The notes beneath the pieces were generated by a model, which saw nothing but the letters and a program-made list of their open reading frames with translations, was not told the DNA's origin and did no database searches. This document shows positions 24,259 through 38,122 of a DNA stretch of 64,000 nucleotides, piece after piece. The stretch's first letter is position 1. Each line of letters opens with the position of its first letter. A program made the position numbers and the translations under genes. The stretch is from the human T2T-CHM13v2.0 reference genome, Homo sapiens: the NCBI RefSeq assembly GCF_009914755.1, contig NC_060926.1; one strand, given 5' to 3'.

Positions 24259-26552
24259 ACCAGCTGCTGCTTCCTCACCACTGTCCCACTGAGGGTTAAT
24301 GCCTGCATAGGACTTAATCTGGTTCTTTTCCCAGCGGAGTTTGATCCAGTGCTTGGACCAGGAGAGTAAGCCAGCATTAGAGAGAGGCTGAGGGGCGAGC
24401 CTGGAAGGGCCTTTCCAACTCCCTTCCAAGCAGCCTCAGAGCAGAGGGCTCCCGCTTGACCTGCTCAAGAGAGAAGTGGCCATGCTCATGCAGAGCTTCT
24501 GAGGGCTCTTTTCTGCCAAATTCTAGAAGGCAAAGCAAGGGAAGGAAGACTTTGCTTGCTGTACCATTCTGAATGGCAAGCTGACATTACGGAGCCTATA
24601 GACTCTTCTTCTCTTCCTCTTCTCTTGATTTCTGGAGGTTAATTCTTCACTGTGAGGCAGAGAGACCTCTCTCAGAGACTCTGGCTGTGTTTGCAAAGCA
24701 GGTCCTGCTGCCCAGGAGGCTCAATCTGAAGTGTGAATAAAGCTAGTAATACCTGCCCCTCCCCACATTCTGCCAGAAAGCCCCCCGCCCCCGCCACCCC
24801 TTATTAAGTATTTGTTGCATGAATAAATGAATGCTGCTCTACCTCTCCGTTCATGGAGCTAAGTCACCCAGTCAACTCATTCTTACAGATGGGGCCTTAA
24901 GAGCTTAAGAGGTCACTTTTTTGCTGGAGGAATGCTCAATTGAAAAAAAAAAAAAGATTACTAATGTGAAATTTAAAGGCCCCATATCTCTTGGCTGTAG
25001 AAGCTAATTTTATCAGAAGTCATTTTAGTTTACAAGCAAATCTCATATGCAGATGAACATTGATGCAGGCTGCCTTTTACATAATTGAACTAGATGGTTG
25101 GCCATTTGGTGTAACTGGAGAAGGGCTGGAATATCTCCTCTACCCTGAATGTCACTCACACTGTTCTGTCTCATTGCCTGGGATCCTCCATTGGAGGTGC
25201 ACTACCTTGTCATCTTAAGAGCCTTTGAGATAAGTGTTGTCAACAATTCAACATGTGGTTGGCATGACACTAAATATTCAGATACATGCATCTCCATTAC
25301 TGGGATTGTATAAAGATAGTATCACTATCCTAACCAAATTAAAGAAAACCTACCCAAGATGAGATTCACGTGCTTCTTATTTTCTGAAACTGAAGGTACC
25401 TCATGTCTCCAGAAGTGCCATGAATTCCAGGCCCCAAGCCTAGAAAAGGAAGCAAAAGTGTAGAAAGAAAAAATGGCCTTGAAATTAGAGTGGGAAACAA
25501 GAAACAAGCAAGGAGTAGGAAAGAAGAGCGGAAAAGGAGATGCTGGCAGTGGTGACAGCAAAGAGAACTATGGTGCCCATTTTCTACAGGGAAGCAATGA
25601 TTTGTTCCTCATGAGCCATTAATCCTTTCTCCCTGGACTCACCTTATTCCACTTTGTCTCAGGGCCTGGAATCCCAGCTTTAGGGATGAGCTCCTTTGCA
25701 CACTTAACAGCCTTTTAGCAAACAGTCACTGTTTAGCCTGGGGCTGGTTCCATGCACTTGCCAGTCTGTAGGCATCTTCTGCTTCTCTGACTGAAGGTCA
25801 CATCAGGTGAGGCTGGGCTGTGTACACCTAGTCACTTGTGTAGATGCTTCGTTCACATCTTCACAGCTGTGACAAAAATGTTTTAGGAAAAACTAAATGC
25901 GTGGCTTAGATCTAATCAAGTTGCTCAGTGAGATTATTTACCCCAAATGCAGGGAGCTGGAGTTAAAGACAGGGGGTTCATTCAGCAATGACAAAGCAAT
26001 GCATTTCCTCATTTGTAGCATCTGGCTTCCAAGCCTCTGTTTTCCCAGTTTTCATTCAGAGCCAAGGATTAACTGCTCCAGAGAATCAAGACGATAAGCA
26101 GATGTTGCTTTGCCTGTGTTCTTTTCTGAATCAAATCTGTTTGTAGATATTGGGTGTATGAAGATCAGCCCTGACACAATACTCTCAGATGTCAGGGCCA
26201 TGCACTTGTCCACCACAGCAGTGTTTTCTAAAGCATTGGCTCTCCAGCGCAAAAGAGAGCTTCAGTCTCCTTAGCAAATGGCTACTGCCATAATCTGCAA
26301 TGGGCACAGCATGTCTCACCTTTAAGCTTCTGCCAGGACTTCTGGACTGCGGGGGTAGGAGAGAACAGAACATGCAGCTTGACTCTAACTTTCAAAGCAT
26401 TCTTCATGGTTCCAGGATGCTCTCTCCTCTTAACCCTGAAGAATCTCATTTCACCTCCTTTAGATCTCTGAAAATGCTCCCCAAAACTCAGGAAGAAGAC
26501 TTACATCTTTAGCGTCCAACTTTTTTTTTCTCCCAGTTGCAACACACTACAG

Positions 26553-27056
26553 CAGCAATTTTCAAACTCTTTGGTTTCAGGACTCTTTTTCATGCTCTAA
26601 CAATTACTGAGGATTCCAATGAGCGTTTGCTTATATGAATTATATCTATCAATAATTTCCATATTAGCAATTAAGACTGAGAAAAACGGACCAGTTATTA
26701 CCTCATTAAAATTTGAACATTACTTCATTAAAAATAACAATAATAAATCCATTATGTATTAACACAAATAACACTTTTATGAAAAATAACTACATATTCA
26801 GAACTAGCAGCAAAATCTAGTGAGAAGCCTGGCACGGACTTCAGTTTTTGAAAATCTTTTAAATGTCTGATTTATTAGAAGCCGGCTTGATTCTCATATA
26901 TGCTTCTGCATCCAGGGTGTTGTGATATAACACATCATATGAGCTGTGGAAAATGCCAGTGTACACTCATGAGAGAATGAGAATGAAAAAGGCAAATCAT
27001 GTCTTAGTACTGTTATGAAGATAGTTTTGACTCATGGACCCCTTTGGGAACCACTG
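26553..27056 (-). mobile_element. hAT-Charlie DNA transposon (Charlie1b-like)
   Basis: ttttcaaactctttggtttcaggac...gattctcatatatgcttctgcat...gtacactcatgagagaatgag...ggacccctttgggaaccactg. Confidence 0.75.
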
Positions 27057-27269
27057 CTTTATAGTGTTAGAGTTGTTAGGCTTCCCAACACCAACCACTT
27101 CACCCATGTGCGTGACCACACACACACATGCACACTTGCATGTGCTTGCCTACTATTTTTGTTTTGGCAATATCATCATGTTCTTGGGATAACTGAAAAC
27201 TGCACTGAGAATCAACATTCTGCTCTGCTAACTAGTATCAGAAGAGAAGTTATGGACCTCATTTTAGAG

Positions 27270-27605
27270 CCTCATAGTCCTGGATTTGGATCCTGTCTCT
27301 GTCACTACTAAACTCTGTGGCCTGGGGGAAAATTACATAATCTTTTTAAAGCCTCATTTTCTTCCTCTGTAAAATGGAGACAACAATAGAGCTGTTGGGA
27401 GGATCAAGAGCACAATGTATGTCAAACAACAGGCATAATATCTGGTAGAGAAAGAATAGGTGCTTAATACATAGTAGATATGATTATCATCATTGTTATT
27501 ATTATTACTCAGTAACAGTGTAAGCTCCATGAGTGTGGGGGTTTTGTTTGTTCACTGCTATAACTAAACTCTACACCTTTAGTTAGTGCTCAAGAAATAT
27601 GAATG
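27270..27605 (+). mobile_element. MIR followed by an L2 3' fragment
   Basis: cctggatttggatcctgtctctgtcactacta...cctcattttcttcctctgtaaaatggag; then gtaagctccatgag...gttcactgcta...gtgctcaagaaatatgaatg. Confidence 0.65.
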
Positions 27606-27973
27606 CACGGACTTTTATACAAATTCAACTTCCTTCAGAACCTACCATCCTGACTCGAGGTAAATTTAGTCACATAAGAGAAGAACAGGTGGCCCCTGTC
27701 CTGTGAGCTTTTGGACTAATTAGGGGGAGGAAAGACTGATACTTAAAAAACAGAGCAGTAACAAAGGTGTAGGGTGAAGAGTTGAAATGAGCAGAACCAC
27801 CAGCATTTATTGCCATTGCTCACAGATGGGAAATTCCAACACCTGGCATGGGGATTGGTATTGGCTTTGAGGTCTATTTGCCCGCTGTTGTTTGAATTAT
27901 TCTAGCAACTTGTATGAACAACCATTCAGTGGGAGGAGATGGAGTAGACAGTCCTCAAAGATGGTTACCATCA

Positions 27974-28271
<298 letters not shown>

Positions 28272-28400
28272 CCATCCCATCAATTCTTCCTGGCATGCTT
28301 TTCCTCCCATCAAGATCTCTATTTGATCTGGGCTGGCCTTGTGACTTGATTTAACTATAGAATGCCGTGGAAATGACATTCTGGAACTCCCAAACACAGT

Positions 28401-28744
<344 letters not shown>

Positions 28745-30090
28745 ACAGTTCTTTCTTAAGACAACTTTTGCTTCCTCTCTCTTGGACGTCAGCAGCCGAG
28801 TAAGAAGTCTGACCACCCTAATAGAGCCACCACGTGGGGAGAAAGCCCGACAGAAGGAAGGGCCACATGAAGAAGCACCAAGGCACCAGACATTGAAAGA
28901 AGCCTGCCTTGGCCTTCCAGCCCAGCCCATCTAGCAGCTGACTGTAGTCAAGGAGTGACCCCACTTATATTTAATACTAAGTGGAGCAGAACCACCTGAC
29001 TGAACCCTGACACACCACTGCAGAATCATGAGAGATAACGAATCGTTGTCTTAAGCCCTTGTGTGTTGGGGGGCATTGCTTATGCCACAACAGAAAACTG
29101 CAACAGGAGGACAGGGGCTGGGTATGAAGAGGGAAAGGTGGCAGAGCCGTGGCACTCATAAAGCTCAGGGTCTGGTAGATAGCAGCCTTCCCCTCCAACT
29201 TCTGGCACAGAGAACATAGACTCAACACCCTTTTACGAAGGTATGTCTGGATTTAAAATTATATCTTTAAAGAAAATCTTATAAGCAATTGTCAAGTTGG
29301 AAGAATGTTAGGTAACAGATAATAGAGCTGCCAGGATAGACATGTCCAAGTTCAACTTCACTAAATGATCATACCCATCCTAGTGGTAATTGTACCCACT
29401 ATGGTTCCTCTTGAATATTTTTACTTTGCAGGCCACTTTCATGGGGCCAACTAATTCCTGCTGCCAGGCCTTTGCTCCTGTTTCCCCCACTCTCTAGACT
29501 GTCTTTTCTTTTTTTCTCTTTCAATCTAATTCTACCCTTCTTCAAGATTCTGCTTGGCCCATGGTCTCCATCGCAGGGCTTTTCTAACTCCAGCTTGCAC
29601 TGGTTACACCAACCCCTGAAGGTCCACATCCTCAGCATATGTGGTATGTGGCATACAATTTGCCACTGAGAATTCAAGCATCAGTGTCACAGATGGTTAG
29701 ATGTGACCGGACTTCAGAGATGGTGTCTAAGACAGGAAACTGGAGCTTAGGGAAAGTGACTTGTCTAGGCAAGTCACTAACTACTTGACAACTAACTACT
29801 TGTCTTGTAGTTAGTTAGTGGAATACAGAACATCAACACCGCAACTCTATAGTTTTGGTAATCCAAATTTACCAAGTACCTGAATTAAAAATAGAATCAG
29901 GACAGGGCCCATTGGGAACCAGCAATTGCAAAATGGGCTTATACCTGCTGTAAAACAAAGAGAAGACACTCAGAGGGGGCAGTTACAAAGTTGACTTCTA
30001 TCAGACTATATGTTTGGCAAGGGAAGATACTCAAAACAAGCATTATCTGGGGGAAAAGATTAAGATCAAAACCATAACAACATATCTGTT

Positions 30091-30400
<310 letters not shown>

Positions 30401-32469
30401 CTATGTTTTGAATAGTTCTGCTGTAATGAACAAAGTCTCTGCATCACAAGGTGCCCAGCCTGTGTGACACTGCCCTTGAGCCGCAGCATTTTGGAGAGTA
30501 TACTCCACTCCCTTATCCCCTGTCCTGAATTAAGACCATCCACCTGTATTTGCAACATTAGCTCAGCTGAAAAGGTAATTATGGCTCATCAGGATAGTTG
30601 AGTAGAAATCATACGCAACTCGACAAAAAAAGACCTGAATAAAAACAAAGAAAAAGAATCACATTTAAGTGTGTGGTGTTAGCCCTTTTGTAACAGACTG
30701 TAAGTAAACTGATGAGTTTTGCAATCATCAAATTACTGTCGATTTATTTGTTAAGGCATTTAAAACAATTAGGGGAATTTGATATATTAGAATTGTGAAG
30801 ACTTGAATTGCTTATGTGTGCACGAAATGTTTACTTGTTAGGGAGAATGTAGTTAAGTTGATGTTTTTGAGTAATTAATTACTCAGTAGTGTGTGAATAT
30901 TTTCAAAATCTTGATTGCTTAAAGATTAGGAAATTGCACATCAAAGTAGGTAGGAGTTGTTGTGAACACTTCTTTCCATCTCCTAAAGTTGCTGGGACAT
31001 AACAAGCTTTGGCTTCTCCCAGGGGAGTTCCCCACTTCAGGGCTGGTCACCCTAACACCTCCCTTGATCACATTCATTTTCCATTGTGGGAGCAGAGATT
31101 CAGCATCCTCTCTTTTTTATCCTTCACTTCTAAGAGCAAACCCAAGTTATCTTTACATTTTAAATTAATTGCATTTAACATAATTGAATGAGACTTTTAA
31201 TCCAATGATAGCAAGAGGCCAGGTTCTATAAAGAACTGAATTAAGTGCAGCTCTTGTCAAGAAACATCCTTGAGGACATGACACAAAAGGGAAGGTGTTT
31301 CCATTGCCAGAGAAGGGAGAGTCTTAACACACTCACCTGGAAAGTACTGTGCTTTTGGATGGTGCTGGTGGGCAGGTGTCCCAGGAGAGATTCTGAGGGA
31401 GGTGGTTACCACAGGCTCCAGAACTGTTTTAATAGATCATTATAAGGAGGAAGTCAGGACGAACCAAGGGACGCCAGGAGTCATGGCTCCAGCCTATCCT
31501 TCCTCACTCCCTGAAGCCCCCCACCCCTTCACTCAGGACCAGACAAGTATACCTTTCCTCAGGTATGAAGAAAGCCTGAGAAGGGAGACAGAGCAAGGCC
31601 AAGGGTACAGTGAGCTTGGTTGGAGGAGAAAGCCTGAGGGAGAAACTTGGGAAAGGCTGGTTTTGAAAGAAGAGCTCCCAGGATGGCCAAGGCTTACAAC
31701 CCTAAAGGTGACAACTAGGATTTTATTCGGAAGCCAGTTGGTTACAGAGGCTGGTGATGCAGGAAGGTGCATATCGCCAAGAGAGAAGGAAAGAGGAGTA
31801 GCTTGGACCATGGGGAGAAAGCTGCTGAGTCGGGGTGGGGGGGATGCACATTATCTTGAAGAGCAAAAGGCAGCCCCAGAAGACGTGGGGAAGAAAAGAG
31901 CCCCAGGAGAAGGCCGCATCCAAGGGGTAAGAAGGGAGAATCCTGGAGAAAAGTCATGGGGTCCTTTGGCCATCAGGCAGTTCAGAAGCAGGGATGACTA
32001 AGAGACTGTGGGACTAGATTGAGGTGAAAATCTGATGTGAGAAAAAGCATTTGAGTTGCATAAATAAGGCCAGTGAAAACTGCAAGAAATCACGTTTTCC
32101 AGAATAGTGACATTTGGGACCAAATGTCAGCCTTGGTGCCAAGAAGGGTTTCTACATCCATTGCAAGACCTTTGAAAGTTAATCCTATTGTGGTGGGGAA
32201 AGCTGTCCCTTTATTTGTACAGTCTGTTATTTTGCCCTTTGGGGAAAACACAGTGATGTGAATCACACTGTGACTTCCATCTCTGGTGAAGAAGGTTGTG
32301 TTTGGGGGAGCTGGTAGACATGAAAGCCATGAACATTCAAAAAACAGCTTATGGAAGCATTTCAGAACAAATTCATTTTCATCCAAATAAAATCAGCAGA
32401 TATTGACCACAGCAGGACTGGCTGATGTGGGACGGATGGGCAACGGCAGAAATATGAACACTGATCATC

Positions 32470-32680
32470 ACTGACTGCACCGAGCACCACGTACACGCTC
32501 GGTGTTGCTTTAAGCACTCTGCATACACTGTGTCACTTAATCCTCCTGACAGTCTGTTTTGTGAGACAGTTCTATCACTCACGAGTGAGGGACCTAGGGT
32601 GCAGAGTGGTGTGGTAACTTGCCCTACAGCCCAGCACTGTTGGGGGTGTAATGCAGGTTGGTCTGAACCCCAATACGCAG
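32470..32680 (-). mobile_element. MIR SINE
   Basis: taagcactctgcatacactgtgtcacttaatcctc...ggtaacttgccc. Confidence 0.65.
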
Positions 32681-34819
32681 CTGAGGATGGGGTGATGGGG
32701 AAGCAATAGTGACAGGCAGCACTGAGATCTGAGAGGGGACCACATACAGAGACGGCTTAAACCAAGAGCCAGTGTTGTCTTAAACTGAAAACAAGTTTTG
32801 ATGTGTTTCACATGGGGAAGGATGGACAATCTGCATGTTTGTAGCTGTACCACTTATTGGCTGCCTGAGACTTCTTGCTTTCCTGTCTGTATATTTTCAG
32901 GTATTCATGTTTTGTTCCCTCAACTAGACCAACAGCTCCTGAAGACCGGGTCTGTGCTGTGGGTCTCTTGCCTCCTGCTCGGTACCTATGACTAAGCTCA
33001 AAAAACCCTTCAGTGGAAATGGAGCTGATTAATTTTTTCAGTCTCTTGTTCTACCCTCTTTGTAAATAAAGGACGGTCAAACCCCAAACGTTAAAAAAAT
33101 GTGGCAAGCAAATTTTGTAAACAACGCGATTGGGGATTTTCTAAATGCTCTACCAATAGAATGAATTTAATGATGCCCCAAATTTTAATGAAACTTTTTT
33201 CATGCTGTCATAGGGCTGATGTTTAATTTAAAAGGTTACACTAGACTTTTTTTGTATTTGTCATTCTCTTTTGTATTTGTCATTCTACTGAAGTGTTTAA
33301 AAATTTATATTCTGCCTATAAAAATATGATCTTGGGGCTATCTGACTATCCTAAGAGTTATTTTTTGCTTTAAAGACAAAGAGGTTCTAGAGTTATCCTT
33401 TAGAATTTCTGTTGGAATAACATGTTGACCATAAAATGCTGAAAATATGGTCAAAAAAGAGAGAGAGAAAAGAACACACATACAGGATAATGCTAATCCC
33501 TCCCTGATGTGCACCTGGGAGCAGAGAACTGCCCCTACCAGGTCTGGAATGGTTGAAACACTGACAACATGTTGACAACTTTCTGATCAGATTCCATTTG
33601 GTACTCTTTCCCAGTCCCGAAATGGATCAAGGACAGCAAGTCGTCCTAGCTTTAGCAATAACTAGACAGAATATCTTTCTGGTTAATGGAAATTCTTCCC
33701 CCAGTGTGATGCCAGCTTGGGAGACGCAGAGCTGCAAATGCCCCTCCGCTCATTAGAGCAGGAGTTAGTCTCGGCATTGTACAGTCTCTGAGGGGGATTA
33801 AAAAAAAAAAAAAAGGGTTTCCTGAGGGAGGCCTGGGCAGTAGTGGTCAATCAACTATTGTCGTAGCTGACTTCAGGGAAGTCCAGTATCAAGAAGGCCT
33901 CCGTTTTGTGCAAACTGATCAAATGCAGATGTTTCCAGGGAGTTGACCTTATTGACCGAGACTTCACTGGAGATTGAATGGCGGACAGCCGGTCAAGAGT
34001 GGGGTGAAGGCATGTTTTGGCGGGAGAGTGTAAATGTATACATACAGTAGACAGGATGTGGATGATGCTGGGCAAACATCTGTTTTATTGATAAATACAT
34101 GCTTTACTTCCAAAAGTTTGATACCAGAGAGATGTAGTGAAAAATAAATTTAGTTTCAGGCTTTGTTAGGTGTCTCATGTGCACGTCAAACGCTGAAAGA
34201 GATGAAGGGCAAACAAATATTAAAAATGGGTTCAACCTTCCATCTCCCTGAAATATCAGATTTCATATAAAACTCATCAGCTGAACTAAGTATTAGGCTT
34301 GATCAATGGCAGGAAACTAGGGGATCAAATGCTAATAAATCAGAAACAGATATCCCCTCTCAAGAAGAAAATATATCACAAAACTGAAAATGAGAAAATC
34401 ATCTGATGATTTTTTAATGCACATGCATGGAGAAAATAAGCTTTTTTTGTTTTTGATTTTTAGGATCAGGGAGTGCTGCATCTTAAACACAGACAAAGAA
34501 TAAGATTCTTAAACACCTTAATCAGACTTTGACTTTAACACATGCAAAAGAAACAAGAAAGATCCCTATATTTGGTGAGGAATGAATACTGAGTAGTATT
34601 CTGTTTGTGGGTGGGTAGATATTAAAGTGGCAAAGTGAACACATTCAAACCTTGCTAATAATATTTTGCCAGATGTTTTCATGCGTTTCTTTTTCTCTTT
34701 AGGAATTATATCCTCAGCCCTCAGCTCCAACCTCTCTGCCTTTTAAAAATATATTGGCTCACAATTCCATGCCTTTACTTCTTAGTATTTTTTCCCTTAT
34801 TCATTTTCATTTTGTAAAG

Positions 34820-35130
34820 TACGCGTTTTATTCAAATAAAACATATATACAGAAAAAATGCATGTCTTAAGTTCACAAATGTGTAAGCTCAATGAGTTTT
34901 CATAAGGCAAACACACCTATGTAACAGAACATTATCAGTGCCCCAGAAACTTGTCACTGACTACTCCTCTGAGGGTAACCACTACCCTCACTATAGTGGG
35001 GCTAGCGTAACACTAGGGATTAGTGCCTGTTTTTGAGCTTTATATAAATGGAAGCATAAAGTACATATTCTTGCGTGTGGCTTCTTTTGCTCAGTATTAT
35101 GTGTATGCGATTCATCCATGGTGGTTAGTT
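34820..35130 (-). mobile_element. Old L1M (L1ME/MC-type) 3' fragment
   Basis: gctcaatgagttttcataagg...gtgcctgtttttgagctttatataaatggaagcata...ggcttcttttgctcagtattatg. Confidence 0.7.
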
Positions 35131-37824
35131 CTGTATTTATTGATATTTAAATGGTATTCTTTTTAATAATACAGATATATTCATTTCTTTAATGCAGTCT
35201 TGTAGGTATAGAAACATGTCGATTTATTTCAGCATATTCACCAGTCTCGGCACTCAGAAGAGAGTTCAACAAAGTAAGCAACCACCAGCAGAAATCACAA
35301 AGAAACCACTGAGCTGTGACAAAATTCTCAAACTGACACGTCTGTAATCAAAGGCGCGTTATCAAGAACACCTTTGAAACCTTCATATTTGGTTTCCAAG
35401 ACTTTTTCTCAAAAACACACATGCAAATAACTTTTTTTTTCTTTGACTCACCTTAAACAAGAACCCAGAGTGTGGTCCTGCTCTCTGAATGGAGACTGTT
35501 TGCTTCTGTGAAAACAGAGAGCTAAATTAAATTAGAAAATCCTGGTATTCAGTAGGACTGAATTTCCCTTCCTTCCTACTTTCCCATTCCACAATCTATC
35601 ACCTAGAGTAATTAAGAACAGGGAGGTATCATCTTCACTGGATTAACCTTAACTAAATTGTGCTCATTCAACATGTGCCCTTTTGATTAGTCCGAGCAGG
35701 GCCTGCTGTCTCGGATACACCCACCTTGTAATTCTACACACTTAATTAATTTCAGATGAATAGAGAGGGGGGATAAGCTAAATTCTCCAATTAATAAACT
35801 ATAAGTCCTTATAAGTGTCAGAGTAGCTCAAGATTTTCATTCTTCCTTTATTTCTTTACTCTGCAAAGGCTAAATGGAGATTGAAATGGAAAAAAAAAAA
35901 ACACAACACATACACACAGCTGCAATTGTTTGAGGCTGGTGAGGGGGTGCCTGGGCAGTTTCATCATCGTAAAGGGCAGACCTTAAGAACTGTTGGTAAA
36001 ATAGATTATTTTTCTGCCAAGCATAATTTTTAATGTCCTTCTCCACCTGGACCTCGATATTTAGTTTTTATTTGCACATATTTCCTGTTCTATGCACAGA
36101 TTCTTGGTTATGAAAATTCAATATTAATGCCACTAATTTTATATTTTTAAATGCATTTCTCAGAAGTAAAATATTATTAATAGTCTGAGAACTTTTCTGA
36201 GAAGTGGTTTGGAGTTATTTGTTTAATCATCAAATTTAACAGCTCTCAATAATATAATAAAAATTTGCCCTCATGGGCATCCCTGACAGCAAAGAAAATA
36301 ATTTCCTTATAATAAAACTGATCCCAAGGATGTTTATATGCTATAATTTATCTCATACTAAAAGATGGCTAGAAAATTATATAAGATAGATTTACAGTTG
36401 CTCCTTCAACTCAGAAAATTTATATGTCTAGTTTTTAGTGACTTAAAAACTTCTACTTATCTGCATAATTATATATAAAGAGATTCCCCAGTAGCTTTTA
36501 TGTCCTATGATTCAACATAATGAGATCAATTATATTCAGGGAATTTAAATTACTGGTACTTAGGGAATAAAACCAACATCACTTTTAGTTTCTTATGATG
36601 GTATACAAGAAATTCTACTTACCTAAGACAAAATAACCATCTTAATGCAGCCCATTTTATGTGTTTTAGCAGAGATTTTAAAAGGCCACTAAGAGTTTTT
36701 GTCATTTAAGAAACCGTATACTCAGTTCCTTAATGTCTTCAGATGTTAAGTCTGTTCTGATCTTGTTTCCTAAAGTTAGTCTTTTGTTCCAAAATGATTT
36801 TTTTAAAAAATGCTTGAGTAATTTTGTTAGTATTTGCCACTAGTCTAGAAAAATTAACTGAAATTCTTGCACTCCATTTTTAACCACTCCAATTCCCTAT
36901 TAAATACACCTACAAATTAAATAAGGATACTGCTGCTCGATAATTTACCATTAAATGAGTGTAGAATATTTGACTGATTATTTTACTAATTTCTTATATG
37001 TGAAAATTCTTAAAATGGTGGAATCATTTGACTAATTGAATGCAAATATTAAATAATTTTTTTATTGATGACATGCATGCTGATAGGCACATCATTTGAT
37101 GCATCAGCTAATGCCTTGTCAGGTTTGTATTCTCTTTTTTATCTGAGGCTGGGCACATGGGCATTTTAACTCAGGAAGTCTTACTTTCTCTGCCTTCCCT
37201 AAAATCAGTGCCTACATTTGACCCTGTGGAAAAACACAAAAGCGAGTAATTTAAATCAGCCCACACCTGTACCATCAGCCAGGCTATCCTTACAGAAACG
37301 CTTCGAACATCTTATTCCGGAGCACCTCAAGCGGCTGAAAAGAACAATTTATTCCCCGCTAAAGAACAAAATACTGACATTGAGTTTGTCTTCTTTGGGG
37401 TCGGAGGAAAGTTGAGATACTACTCATGAAAAGGCAGCTATGTTTGGCCCTGTGGTGATTTAGATTTACTATACAAACCAACAACTATTTTTGAATGATG
37501 GAATTAAGTATTTACACAAGGAGACTTAGCTCTTTAGCTTGGTTATGTCCTGCTGTTTATGTTACATGATCAGAAATCTTGTGAGTGCTGTTTTAGGTGA
37601 TACATCACCAAGAATTCTTACATTAGGAAAGTAACCATATTATCTGAGATCGTTTGCTGTAGGGAAACCTGCAGCAAATTTTGCACTAGCTAAATTTGTT
37701 TAGCTAAATTTTGCACTTTACAAAATAATAGAAAAATTCATTCGACTCTCCCCTCAATGTATAGCATGGTCGTCTCATCACCTTGCAGTTTGTCTCATAT
37801 GCTTGTGTTGAGCTCTTTTAACAG

Positions 37825-38122
37825 GACTTCCACCAATAAATTCAAGTTTTTATTCTTGTTTATAACCGGCATTTCCAGGTCCGGCCAGGTCCAAAAAAAA
37901 AAAAAAAGGAATTGAGGGTTTGCATCGTTTTTCAATATAACTGGAAGCTGTTTTATCACTTTGTATTTTGAGAACCGCTCCCTTTCCCGCACACGCATTG
38001 CTGCCTCCTCTCGGGCTTGGTTAATGAGTCTGTGCGCCAAGCCAGGTCGCTCCGGGCAGTTCGCGCTTCCGCGCCTCGGCACTCGGATGACCGTGTCCTA
38101 TTCGTCTCTCTCGTGAATGTCG
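37825..38122 (-). ncRNA. Candidate terminal exon of a minus-strand lncRNA
   Basis: Acceptor cttttattttttttCAG|CGAC (AG at 38124-38123); AATAAA on minus at 37854-37849 followed by U/GU-rich sequence. Confidence 0.5.

Noticed and set aside
23626-24429. 267-aa Lys/Glu/Arg ORF and Phe/Leu/Ser ORFs on the opposite strand
   Set aside because: Translations of the CT/GA low-complexity tract
31402-32001. 199-aa + strand ORF in unique sequence
   Set aside because: GTG start, purine-rich composition, no recognisable homology or promoter context; Ribo-seq or PhyloCSF would be needed to revive it
37795-38082. 95-aa ORF in the candidate terminal exon
   Set aside because: Crosses a poly(T) run and its stop lies beyond the predicted poly(A) site; no homology recognised
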